DNA from: Candidatus Thalassarchaeum sp.
GTDB taxonomy: Archaea > Thermoplasmatota > Poseidoniia > Poseidoniales > Thalassarchaeaceae
Direction: 5' to 3'
NCBI GenBank assembly: GCA_022449945.1
Contig: JAKURM010000003.1
Span: forward strand, 1-61,473
Length of the DNA stretch: 61,473 nt
Below, piece after piece: positions 34,910 to 43,917 of the stretch (within the stretch, counting starts at the first letter, position 1; the number at the start of each line of letters is the position of its first letter). The position numbers and the translations under genes were made by a program. The notes beneath the pieces were generated by a model. It searched no databases. It was given only the letters and a program-made list of their open reading frames with translations, and had not been told where the DNA came from.

Positions 34910-36607
34910 TCATGGAAGCAGGGCTTCTGCAGCGTCATGGGCGAGGTCCACAAGGAACTCGCTTCCGGGTCCAATCCCGAAGGCTAGAGAGAGGGCGGCA
35001 AGGGCTATGATGAAGACTCGTAGGGGGGTTTTGCATGCCAGTGCCTCTTCCTCGGGTGAATCAAAGAACATGACCAACCCGATCCGAAGGTAGTAGAATA
35101 GGGAGAGGGCGCTGTTAAGGACAATCGCCACAGCTAGCCAGAATACTGGTTCCACACTGGCCGCCCACGAGACGATGCTCGAGGCTCCCCCGGTCCCAGC
35201 TGAGACGGTGACGATACCGTTGATCATCAGGAGCTTTGAGAGGAATCCGGAGAACGGGGGGACTCCGGCCAGCGAGAGCATGAACACGAACATTGATCCG
35301 GCTATCAAGGGGTCTCTGCGAGCTAGGCCATTCAAGCCCTCCATCCGGTGGCTGCCGCCTTCGTTTTCGATGGTCGAGAGAACTAGGAATGCACCTAGCT
35401 TGAACACCACCAGGACGCTGAGGTGGAAGAGCACTGCTGTGACTATCAGGGACTTGACCTCGCCATCTGCCAGACCGGAGCCGATTGCGGCTACGGCAGC
35501 GAGCATGTAGCCAGCATGGGCGACGCTAGAGTATGCTAGGACCCTCTTCGGATTGTCGCTGGAAAGGGCTGCTAGATTCCCCCATGTCATGGTGATCAGG
35601 GCTATTGCGGCCATTGCAACGAACCAGAATGCCTCGCCAGAGGCCGGCATGGAGACAAGCAGCATGACCCTGAACAGGGCCACGAATCCCATTGCCTTCG
35701 AGGCAGTTGCCAGCATTCCAGCCACTATCGAGGAGGCCCCGGAATAGGCGTCTGGGATGGCAAGGTGGAAGGGTGCGGCGCCGACCTTGAAGCCGAAAGC
35801 GACTAGCATCATCCCGATCCCTGCAGTGGCTAGGGGGTCCAGACCGTCCATGGACTGCCATGATTCGGATAGTCCGGAAACGCTGAGATCGCCGTTCCAA
35901 AGATACAGCAGGGACATCCCATATATTCCGACCGCGGAAGCCACGGAGCCCACCACGAAGTACTTGGTTCCAGCCTCCCCCCCTTCCACGGTCTCCTTGT
36001 GGAATCCAACCAGTACGTAGGACGAGAGCGAGGCTAACTCCATGCAGACGAACAGCATGAACAGGTGGGTGGACTTGGCCATCAGGGACATTCCGATGCC
36101 AGTCGTAAGGAGAAGAATGTGGAAGTCTACCTGTCTCCTGTTGTCGTAGAGAGCGTCGGTCTTGCGTGCAAGCCAAGCTGCCGAAGGTTCAGCAGAGATA
36201 GGCTGAGGCGCAGTTGCCCTTGGATCTGCTGGGATCCTATGTGTGGTGGCAACCGTGCAAAGGAAAAGGACTGAGACGAAGATGTTCGTCAATAGTATGG
36301 AGAACTCGTCAACGAGCAGGACATTTCCCACCTCGCCGGACCAGTCACCAGGACTGAGGAGGCCCTGCTGGGCGGCAACTAGGGATGCGAGGAGTGTTGC
36401 TATGGTAATCCTGTTGGGTATCCTGGGGTCCCTAGAGAACTCGAACCTCTTCCCTCCGAGGAGGGTTGGGATCCTCAGAGATGTGAGTGGGATTCTGAAT
36501 CTGGCGTCTCCAATATTTGGAACTATGATGAGCGCGACCAGGCCCGCTAGCATAATTAGCTCGGGGAGGAGGAGCTCGGGCGAGATTCCGGAAACCTCTG
36601 AGCTCAT
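34910..36607 (-). CDS. nuoN: NADH-quinone oxidoreductase subunit N
   Basis: Antiporter-like polytopic protein. Contains LASLSSYVLVGF, APFHLAIPDAY and VLAYSSVAHAGYM. ATG 36607 makes an ATGA overlap with the nuoM stop. Confidence 0.85.
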   Translation of the reverse strand: MSSEVSGISPELLLPELIMLAGLVALIIVPNIGDARFRIPLTSLRIPTLLGGKRFEFSRDPRIPNRITIATLLASLVAAQQGLLSPGDWSGEVGNVLLVDEFSILLTNIFVSVLFLCTVATTHRIPADPRATAPQPISAEPSAAWLARKTDALYDNRRQVDFHILLLTTGIGMSLMAKSTHLFMLFVCMELASLSSYVLVGFHKETVEGGEAGTKYFVVGSVASAVGIYGMSLLYLWNGDLSVSGLSESWQSMDGLDPLATAGIGMMLVAFGFKVGAAPFHLAIPDAYSGASSIVAGMLATASKAMGFVALFRVMLLVSMPASGEAFWFVAMAAIALITMTWGNLAALSSDNPKRVLAYSSVAHAGYMLAAVAAIGSGLADGEVKSLIVTAVLFHLSVLVVFKLGAFLVLSTIENEGGSHRMEGLNGLARRDPLIAGSMFVFMLSLAGVPPFSGFLSKLLMINGIVTVSAGTGGASSIVSWAASVEPVFWLAVAIVLNSALSLFYYLRIGLVMFFDSPEEEALACKTPLRVFIIALAALSLAFGIGPGSEFLVDLAHDAAEALLP

Positions 36608-38190
36608 GGCTTGGCCCCCTCTGATTCCATGGCTACTGCTAGAGTGGTCTCGATCAGTTCGCTGCTCCAGAACGACATCATGTCCCAGAAGAAGAAGGGG
36701 AGAATCCCAAAGAGGATAGTCAGGGCGCCAAGGACCGTCATGCCAGCATTCTCGTGCCATGTGATATCGCGCGGCTCGCCATGAAGGGTATCTGGAAGAA
36801 TCCCGTTGTGGGGGTCGTTGGATTCAAAGATGGTGCGCTGCATAGAAGTCAGGTAGTACACTGCAGTAATGATGAGAGTCAGTGCGGGTAGGATAACAAG
36901 CCATCCGAAAGTCATCCAGAACGCGATCAGGACTGCCACTTCGGCTACGAATCCAGCCATCATTGGAAGGCCCAGGCTGGCCATCCAGCCAAGCATCATG
37001 TGCCCGGACAGCCACGGACTGTGATGGGCTATCCCTCGCATAGATCCTATCTCAAGGGTGTGATAGTGGTGCTTGAAGGCCCCAGCGACGGCGAAGAGGA
37101 GCGGGCTGATTATTCCATGAGCGAACATCATGAACAGTGCCCCTGCTATGCCCAGTGGCTGCATAGTAGCGATTCCCAGGAAGATAAGGCCCATGTGGGA
37201 CACGGATGAGTACGCGACCATCCTCTTGAGGTTGGTCTGCCCCATGCATACCCATGCACCGTAGACCAGGCTAGCCATTCCGAGTGCGACGAGGAGGGGG
37301 GTGAATACTACCGTGGATCCGGGGAAGGCGGTGACTGCGACCCTGAGGAATCCGTATGCGCCCATCTTCAGCATCACCCCTGCCAGTATCATCGAACCGG
37401 CCGTCGGTGCTTGCACGTGTGCATCTGGGAGCCATGTGTGAACGGGTACGCTGGGCATCTTTGTGGCGAATCCAATGAGCAGCAGGAGCCAGACTATGTG
37501 TCTCAGCCCCTCACTCATTAGACTCCCGCTGGCCAGAATTACTTCGAGGTCGAATGACCTTTCAGAGACCGTGGTTCCGGTGTTGAAATACATCACTAGG
37601 ATTCCGATCAGCATGACCACGCTTGCTGTGAATGTGTAGATGAAGAACTTCATCGCGGCGTATCTCCTGTCTGCCCCGCCCCACATCAAAATGAGGAAGA
37701 ACATAGGAATCAGTGTCAATTCCCAGAAGACGTAGAAGACCAACAGATCGAGTCATTCGTAAACCCCTACCATGGCCCCCTGCATCAGTAGCAGAAGAGG
37801 GTGGAAGAGGTGGCCCCTCTTCGCGTCCCATTCAACTAGCATCGAGATCGGAACGACTAGTGCCGTGAGCCATATCATAGGGAGAGACAGTGCGTCCGCA
37901 CCCACATGCCACGAGACACCGATGTACGGAATCAGGTCCAATGGCGTGTTCTCTAGCTCGTAGCTCCCGAATCCTATAGCCATCCAGTCAAGTTCGCTTA
38001 GGGAGGTCGCTGCAGCCCATGTTGAGATAGCAAGGAGTGCCAGAGAGACTCCCATGCAGATGTTCCTACTGAACCTCCTGATATGTTTCCCCGCCTGTGA
38101 TGGCAGCAGGCTCGGCAGTACCAGAAGAAGCGCGCCCACGGCAATTGGCGATAGGGCCAGGATAGTCAGAATCATCAGCTCACCCCCCAA
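36604..38190 (-). pseudogene. nuoM: NADH-quinone oxidoreductase subunit M interrupted by a single in-frame TGA (37753-37755)
   Basis: The two track ORFs (37753-38190 and 36604-37743) are in the same frame. The junction reads ...LMQGAMVGVYE-TGA-LDLLVFYVFWELTLIPMFF. It aligns without a gap to the conserved NuoM block G-V-F-L-A-I-D-x-F-L-F-x-x-F-W-E. Confidence 0.8.
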
Positions 38191-40439
38191 GCTAGAGCGA
38201 AAATAGAGAGCATTCCGACCGCTGTCATCATGATGTAGTCTCGTGCCCTTCCGGTGGTAATCCTCCTAATCTGAAAGGAGCCTAGGACCGAGTTCGACTC
38301 GACCTGCTTTACTGCACCGTCAATGACATTCCTGTCGAACCAGGCTGCGAATGCAGCGAGGGGAATGACCGTCAAACCCAATGCCTTCTCGTAGTAGTGG
38401 TCGAAGTATAGGCGGTTCCTTAGGGCCTCGGCAAGGCTTGACTCGGACATCTCTTTCACGTCCTGGGTGCCGAAGCGCCCGGAAATCCAGACCAGCCAGG
38501 AAACCAGGGGGTTGGCACCTTGGCCCTCTCGGAGAGGTCCTCCGTGGACCCTTGCTGCGATGATAGGCCCGACTACCAGGGAGAGGAAAATCGTGGTCCA
38601 ACCGACTATCCGAAGATTCTGGTCGTCTGGGAGGAATGCGTGCTCCACCGTTTCCATGACTCCGTGCATCGCCAAGTGGTCAGTCTCTGCGGAGAGGTAG
38701 TCTATCATTCCGAAAACGGATAGTAGAAATCCACCCAGTGCGCTGATTATGGTTAGGATGATCAAGGGCTCCTTGATCCAGGGCGTCGACTCGTGTACGT
38801 GCTCCACGGCCTCGTTCCTTGGCTCTCCTGCAAAGGTCATGAGCCACATCCTCGACATGTAGAAGCCAGTCATCCCAGCGGTGAGTAGGACCAGTATTGC
38901 CGGCCCGAACATCAGAGGCTCTTCATCCAAGCAGGCCTTCCACGTCTCGGCAATAATCCCCTCCTTGGACCAGAAGCCGCCGATGAGCGGAATTCCGATG
39001 ATTGACATCGAACCAATCATCATTGCCGTTGATGTCACTGGCATCTTGGAGGCCAGGCCTCCCATGTTTCGCATGTCCTGTGGATCGAAATCGTGGTGCC
39101 CGTGATCTGAGCCGTGATGGAGGTGGTCGTGTGCGTGATGAACTTCGTGTATCACCGAGCCGCTGGCCATGAACAGCATTCCCTTGGCCATCGCGTGGTT
39201 GAACAGATGGAACATGGATGCCCCGAACACGAATGCGGCTGCGTGGTGGTCACCGTGGTTGTAGAACCACAGAGCTGCTCCGAGACCCGTGAAGATGTAG
39301 GCCAGTTGACTCATTGTGGAGTATGCGAGTACTTTCTTGATGTCATTCTGGACGAATGCAATTGACGCAGCCATGAAAGCGGTGATTCCACCGATATAGG
39401 CCACAATTAGGCCCAGCTCCTCAAGTCCCGGTACTCCATGGTGCCCGATGTCGACGAATGGCACCATCCTAGCCACGAGGTACAGGCCCGCGTTCACCAT
39501 TGTGGCCGCGTGAATTAGCGCGGAGACTGGCGTGGGACCCTCCATGGCATCCGGAAGCCAAACGTGAAGGGGAAACTGGGCGGATTTGCCTACAGCCCCG
39601 ATGAAAAGCATCAGAAGGGCCCAGAACAGTTCGTCAGAGTCAACTGAGCCGTGCATTGAGGGGTCAGCGAAAATAACCGAGAACTCCAGCGACCCGTATA
39701 TATCGTAGAGCATCAGCAGGCCGATCATCAGGAAGACGTCTCCCACTCTGGTGGTTAGGAAGGCCTTCTTGGCTGCATATGCGGCGCTGTCCTTCCAGAA
39801 GTAGAATCCTATAAGCAGGTAGGAGCAGAGTCCCATTATCTCCCAGAAGATGAAGAGCGAAAGGAAGTTGTCAGCCAGGACCATTCCAAACATGCCCATT
39901 GCGAATAGAACGAACTCTGCGTAGAATCGATGGTTGCGGTCCTCGTTTATCGGGTCGGTGTTCATGTATCCGAGGCTGAACCAGCAAATCAGGAAGCAGA
40001 GGAAGGTGGCTACGAAAAGTAGCATCAGTGTGACAGAGTCTATCCATACGCCCACTCCAATTGTCCTCTCTGATGTCAACGAGTAGTCCGGTTGTAGTAC
40101 CTGGAATGAAATCCAATCCATCCAGCCATCGACCGATTGGCTCTCGAAGTGGTGAGTCTGATTCAGGTAGTCGACAATTATCCAGATTGCCACAGAGAGT
40201 GAGACTAAGAGCGCGGCAAGGCCGATGGTTCCGCCCTCTTTCAGAGTGTGCTTCCATGTCTTGTTTCCGTTGTATATCTGTCCTGATATCAGGATGATTG
40301 GGGATGCCACGAAGGGGGCTAGTACGATCAGATAGGCGGCCTCGTAAGACTCCATTCCGGAGACCCAGAGAATTGGAACGACAAGCAGGGCTGGGATGAG
40401 CGGGAGTAGCAGGTTGTACTCGTTTCCTGAATTTACCAT
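38175..40439 (-). CDS. nuoL: NADH-quinone oxidoreductase subunit L (extended, with a His-rich loop)
   Basis: FIFWEIMGLCSYLLIGF, GKSAQFPLHVWLPDAMEGPTPVSALIHAATMV, VLAYSTMSQLAYIF and the long C-terminal lateral-helix region. Start at ATG 40439. Confidence 0.9.
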   Translation of the reverse strand: MVNSGNEYNLLLPLIPALLVVPILWVSGMESYEAAYLIVLAPFVASPIILISGQIYNGNKTWKHTLKEGGTIGLAALLVSLSVAIWIIVDYLNQTHHFESQSVDGWMDWISFQVLQPDYSLTSERTIGVGVWIDSVTLMLLFVATFLCFLICWFSLGYMNTDPINEDRNHRFYAEFVLFAMGMFGMVLADNFLSLFIFWEIMGLCSYLLIGFYFWKDSAAYAAKKAFLTTRVGDVFLMIGLLMLYDIYGSLEFSVIFADPSMHGSVDSDELFWALLMLFIGAVGKSAQFPLHVWLPDAMEGPTPVSALIHAATMVNAGLYLVARMVPFVDIGHHGVPGLEELGLIVAYIGGITAFMAASIAFVQNDIKKVLAYSTMSQLAYIFTGLGAALWFYNHGDHHAAAFVFGASMFHLFNHAMAKGMLFMASGSVIHEVHHAHDHLHHGSDHGHHDFDPQDMRNMGGLASKMPVTSTAMMIGSMSIIGIPLIGGFWSKEGIIAETWKACLDEEPLMFGPAILVLLTAGMTGFYMSRMWLMTFAGEPRNEAVEHVHESTPWIKEPLIILTIISALGGFLLSVFGMIDYLSAETDHLAMHGVMETVEHAFLPDDQNLRIVGWTTIFLSLVVGPIIAARVHGGPLREGQGANPLVSWLVWISGRFGTQDVKEMSESSLAEALRNRLYFDHYYEKALGLTVIPLAAFAAWFDRNVIDGAVKQVESNSVLGSFQIRRITTGRARDYIMMTAVGMLSIFALAWGVS

Positions 40440-40446
40440 TTTATCA

Positions 40447-40749
40447 CTAGTTCCTAAGCTTGCTCGCTGCATCCAGTGATATCGTTTGCTGGGTCGAGTA
40501 CATCGAGAGCAGTATGGCCAGTCCTATCGCAACCTCGGCTGCGGCGATGGCTATGGCTATGGCAGTGAAAACCCAGCCGCTAACGTCCCCGTAGTGTGAA
40601 GCGGCTGCGACGAAGTTGAGGTTTGCCGCATTTAGCATGAGCTCTATGCACATTAGCACGACTATCGCGTTCTTGTGGTAGAATGTCCCAAGTAGGCCAA
40701 TTCCGAAAAGAATGACGCCCAGGGCTGCAATCCAGCTTGGATCGATCAT
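40447..40749 (-). CDS. nuoK: NADH-quinone oxidoreductase subunit K
   Basis: 100 aa with 3 TM, including MCIELMLNAANLNFVA and AIAAAEVAIGLAILL. Confidence 0.9.
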   Translation of the reverse strand: MIDPSWIAALGVILFGIGLLGTFYHKNAIVVLMCIELMLNAANLNFVAAASHYGDVSGWVFTAIAIAIAAAEVAIGLAILLSMYSTQQTISLDAASKLRN

Positions 40750-41372
40750 TCCTCCTCGCCCCCATCCTGTTCACCTGTAGATGCATCGGGAAAGGTCCTC
40801 CTGGTCGGCATCCCAACTCCTGGGGAGGCAGTCACCGTTTCTTGTCCGGTGTCCCACACGAGGTTGATCAGGCGCTCGTCTCGGACCAGATATGATGCCC
40901 CTATCATAGCCATCGCTAGGAGGGCTCCCAGAACTATGGTAGCAATGGTCCATTCATTGAAGAGTGCGTCTGCGAATTCTAGCGTAGTCGGAGCCCCAGC
41001 GACCTCAGAGTCCCACATCGGATGTTCCATCACCTCTCTTAGCAATGCCAGCATTAGGGCGAAGAGGCCAACACCTGTCACTGCGGAAATGAAGTTCAGT
41101 GTCGGTAGGGACTCCGCCCCCTGAATCCTCCTCCTAGTCAGCATTACCCCGAATTGGACGACCAGCATAACCGAACCAAGGTAGACTAGAATCTGAATTG
41201 CGCCTAGCATCTCCGCACTGGCCATCAGGAAGACGGCAGCAACGGCGAAGAACGTCAACATGAGCCATAGGAGTGAATGGGCAACCCTACTGGCGAAAAC
41301 GCATCCAATCGCTCCCGCGACGGCAGCTCCCGAAACGATAACGAATACTAGCGTTTCGAAGTCGATGGCCAA
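40746..41372 (-). CDS. nuoJ: NADH-quinone oxidoreductase subunit J
   Basis: Position between nuoI and nuoK. The N-terminal TMs carry AEMLGAIQILVYLGSVMLVVQFGVML. Confidence 0.8.
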   Translation of the reverse strand: MAIDFETLVFVIVSGAAVAGAIGCVFASRVAHSLLWLMLTFFAVAAVFLMASAEMLGAIQILVYLGSVMLVVQFGVMLTRRRIQGAESLPTLNFISAVTGVGLFALMLALLREVMEHPMWDSEVAGAPTTLEFADALFNEWTIATIVLGALLAMAMIGASYLVRDERLINLVWDTGQETVTASPGVGMPTRRTFPDASTGEQDGGEEE

Positions 41373-41376
41373 TTGA

Positions 41377-42330
41377 TCAGGCCTCCGCCCTTGCAGCCTT
41401 TCTGGCTATCTTTTCCTTCTCCTTCTTGGCCCTCTTGGCGAGTTCCATGTCGACCCTCTCCTGGTGGACCGCCGGTAGGACTCTGGTTCGTCCTGCGTCC
41501 ATCCAAAGGTCTTCCCTGGAGAATCCCGACATGCCGTCGTACTCGTTGGTCATGAAGAATGACTCGAATGGGCACGCCTCCATGCAAAGACCGCAGAACA
41601 TGCACCTACCGAGGTCGATGCGCCCAGATACTATGTCCTGCTCGGCTGGCTTCAGCGTTCCTAGCTCGACATCCTCAATTCCTGAGCCGTCTGACCATCG
41701 AACAGTGGCGATTTCTCCGGTGATATCGATTACTTCCGCGAAGTCGTATTGTTGCGGGGCGTCGAAGTGGTCGTTCACCAGATCGAAGCCGGTGGGTATG
41801 TCGTCGAAATCCTGCTTAGGCCTGGCAGCCAGTCCTCCAGATTCGACCTCGCTTCCGTATCCATGCCAGTGGTGCTCATCGTCGACGGTGTCTAGGACGT
41901 TGACGCGTACCTCTGAGGTCATATGCAGGCAGTCGTTGGGGCACGCTCTCACGCAAGCCTTGCACGCCGTGCAAGTCTCCCATATCACTCCGATTCTTCC
42001 ATTGTAGTTGCCAGGAACGAATAGCCATGGCTCTAGGTCCTCTAGCCTCTCGTAGGGGTACATCACAGTCACGGGCCTTTCCACGAAAGGCATGATCTGG
42101 CTTGTCTCCCTATCAGCAGAGAACTTCTGGCGGTTGCTAGGGTGATCCTTCCCCACTCTTCTCGCAGTCTCGGGGTCGACCATGTCAGCGGCCTGACCGT
42201 GGTAGTCGTTCTTCAGGAAGCGGAGCTTTCCTAGGAATGGTACTGTCCTGAGTGCGGTCTTCAGCGTAATCCACATCGGTCTGACTACGAGGTTACGGAA
42301 ACTTGGTGTCCCGTGTGGGTGGTAACTCAT
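41377..42330 (-). CDS. nuoI: NADH-quinone oxidoreductase subunit I (2x[4Fe-4S]), unusually long
   Basis: Motifs CTACKACVRACPNDC and CMFCGLCMEACPFE. 317 aa, against roughly 160-180 aa in typical NuoI. Confidence 0.85.
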   Translation of the reverse strand: MSYHPHGTPSFRNLVVRPMWITLKTALRTVPFLGKLRFLKNDYHGQAADMVDPETARRVGKDHPSNRQKFSADRETSQIMPFVERPVTVMYPYERLEDLEPWLFVPGNYNGRIGVIWETCTACKACVRACPNDCLHMTSEVRVNVLDTVDDEHHWHGYGSEVESGGLAARPKQDFDDIPTGFDLVNDHFDAPQQYDFAEVIDITGEIATVRWSDGSGIEDVELGTLKPAEQDIVSGRIDLGRCMFCGLCMEACPFESFFMTNEYDGMSGFSREDLWMDAGRTRVLPAVHQERVDMELAKRAKKEKEKIARKAARAEA

Positions 42331-43913
42331 GAGCGGGCCTCCATGTCTGCACGGCTCCCTGGAGAGGCCTTGACGACGGCGTAGGTGCTGTATGGCCTAC
42401 GCATTGTCTCAATCGCCTCCTTGTCCTCGTCCATTGCCAAGATGGCCAGTCCAAGCACTCCCAGCAGAATCATTGAGACTGGAGCCACTATGCCCCAACC
42501 GTCGTCCCACACCCACATCCTGAGTATGATTGCGATTGCAAGGTTGACTATCGAGAGAGGCAGAAGCCATTGCCAGCCGAACTCAAGGATCTGGTCTGTT
42601 CGAACCCTGTGGAGAGAAGCACGAATCCATACGAAGACCCCGAATATTAGCCACGCCTTGAACAGTACCCAGGCAATTCCTGGAATGAGTGAGAATACGA
42701 ACTCAAGGATTCCTCCCACCACCGGGGCAGCCTCGAGGGTGCCCTGGAATGGAGCCTCCCACCCGCCCAAGAAGAAAAGCGCGAATAGGAGGCAGGCGGC
42801 ATAGCAGCGCATGTACTCGGCCATGAACATGAATCCCCACCTCAAGCCGCCATACTCTGTCCACCACCCTTCCACGAGCTCTGCCTCGGCCTCGGGCATA
42901 TCGAATGGGATCCTCTCAACCTCGGCAATCATTGTGACAAAGAAGAGGGCTGCCCCCAGGGGCATCATGAATAGGTTCCAAATGTTCGATTCAATCATCT
43001 GGAAGTCGACTATCTCGATGATGTTGAATGATCCGCTCATCACGCATACCCCTAGGACTGTGATGAGAAGAGGTATCTCGTAGGCGGTCAGCTGTGCGGC
43101 CGATCGCATGCCTCCAATCAGGGTGTACTTGTTGTTCGAGGCCCAACCTGCGAAGAATACCCCGAGGGGAGCCACGCCGAAAATAGCCATCATGAATATT
43201 GCTGAGAGCTCCGGGCTCGAGATGTAGAAGTGAGGGCCAAAGGGGACGAACGCGAAAACGAGGACAGTCGTTGAGATGATAATCACGGGTGCTACCTCGT
43301 AGACCGCCTTGTCTGCGTTCTTTGGAACGATGTGTTCCTTTCCGGCGAACTTGGTGAAGTCCGCGAAGGCCTGGAAGAAACCTGGAAGGAGGAACCAGTA
43401 TCCGTGGTAACCCCTGTTGTTAACCCGGGATACGGACTCTAGGGGGTGATCATTGCCCCAAATTGAGTTCAGTGTACGATTGAGGAATCCTATAGGCGCA
43501 CCCATTCCAAATGGAAGTTGGTTCCACCACTCTCCAGCGGTGACGCCGCTCTCGCCTATCCATAGGCTCCTCAGGGTCGTAGTGGCACCAAGCCTGTCCA
43601 TGAGGCGTCCGATGAACTTGCGCTCGATGTACGGGATTGGCAGGATTGTTAGCATCAATGTTGTGAAAACGATGGTGCAGACCATTGTTGCTACGAAGAA
43701 TGATTCCAAGGCCGGCTGAATTGCGGCGAACTCCTCCTGTGGGCTGAAAATTGGGCCTATGTTGATGTCCTCGGGCCAGATTCCAGTTGGTAGGGTGATG
43801 GTGGCCTGAAGATCTACATCCCCTGATGGGAGAAAGTCGTGGAAATTGTCCATCGACCAGCCTACACCACTCTCTATCCAGCCCCTTAGGTCTAGCCAGT
43901 CGCTGCTAGGCAT
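42327..43913 (-). CDS. nuoH: NADH-quinone oxidoreductase subunit H, unusually long
   Basis: ERKFIGRLMDR...FADFTKFAGKEHIVP, YEIPLLITVLGV and IPFDMPEAEAELVEGWWTEYGG are NuoH/ND1 blocks. 528 aa. Confidence 0.85.
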   Translation of the reverse strand: MPSSDWLDLRGWIESGVGWSMDNFHDFLPSGDVDLQATITLPTGIWPEDINIGPIFSPQEEFAAIQPALESFFVATMVCTIVFTTLMLTILPIPYIERKFIGRLMDRLGATTTLRSLWIGESGVTAGEWWNQLPFGMGAPIGFLNRTLNSIWGNDHPLESVSRVNNRGYHGYWFLLPGFFQAFADFTKFAGKEHIVPKNADKAVYEVAPVIIISTTVLVFAFVPFGPHFYISSPELSAIFMMAIFGVAPLGVFFAGWASNNKYTLIGGMRSAAQLTAYEIPLLITVLGVCVMSGSFNIIEIVDFQMIESNIWNLFMMPLGAALFFVTMIAEVERIPFDMPEAEAELVEGWWTEYGGLRWGFMFMAEYMRCYAACLLFALFFLGGWEAPFQGTLEAAPVVGGILEFVFSLIPGIAWVLFKAWLIFGVFVWIRASLHRVRTDQILEFGWQWLLPLSIVNLAIAIILRMWVWDDGWGIVAPVSMILLGVLGLAILAMDEDKEAIETMRRPYSTYAVVKASPGSRADMEARS

Positions 43914-43917
43914 GATT

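Noticed and set aside
26824-38190. Two in-frame TGAs in genes that are normally contiguous (nuoM at 37753, BC/BCCP at 27334) suggested genome-wide UGA reassignment.
   Set aside because: TGA clearly terminates many well-defined genes here, including msrA, the AlkB-like gene, the Ubl gene, the E1 gene, the TFB-like gene, aIF-1A, nuoL, nuoM and folC. The BC/BCCP junction has a perfect SD plus ATG, indicating a real second cistron. At most there is local readthrough at nuoM.
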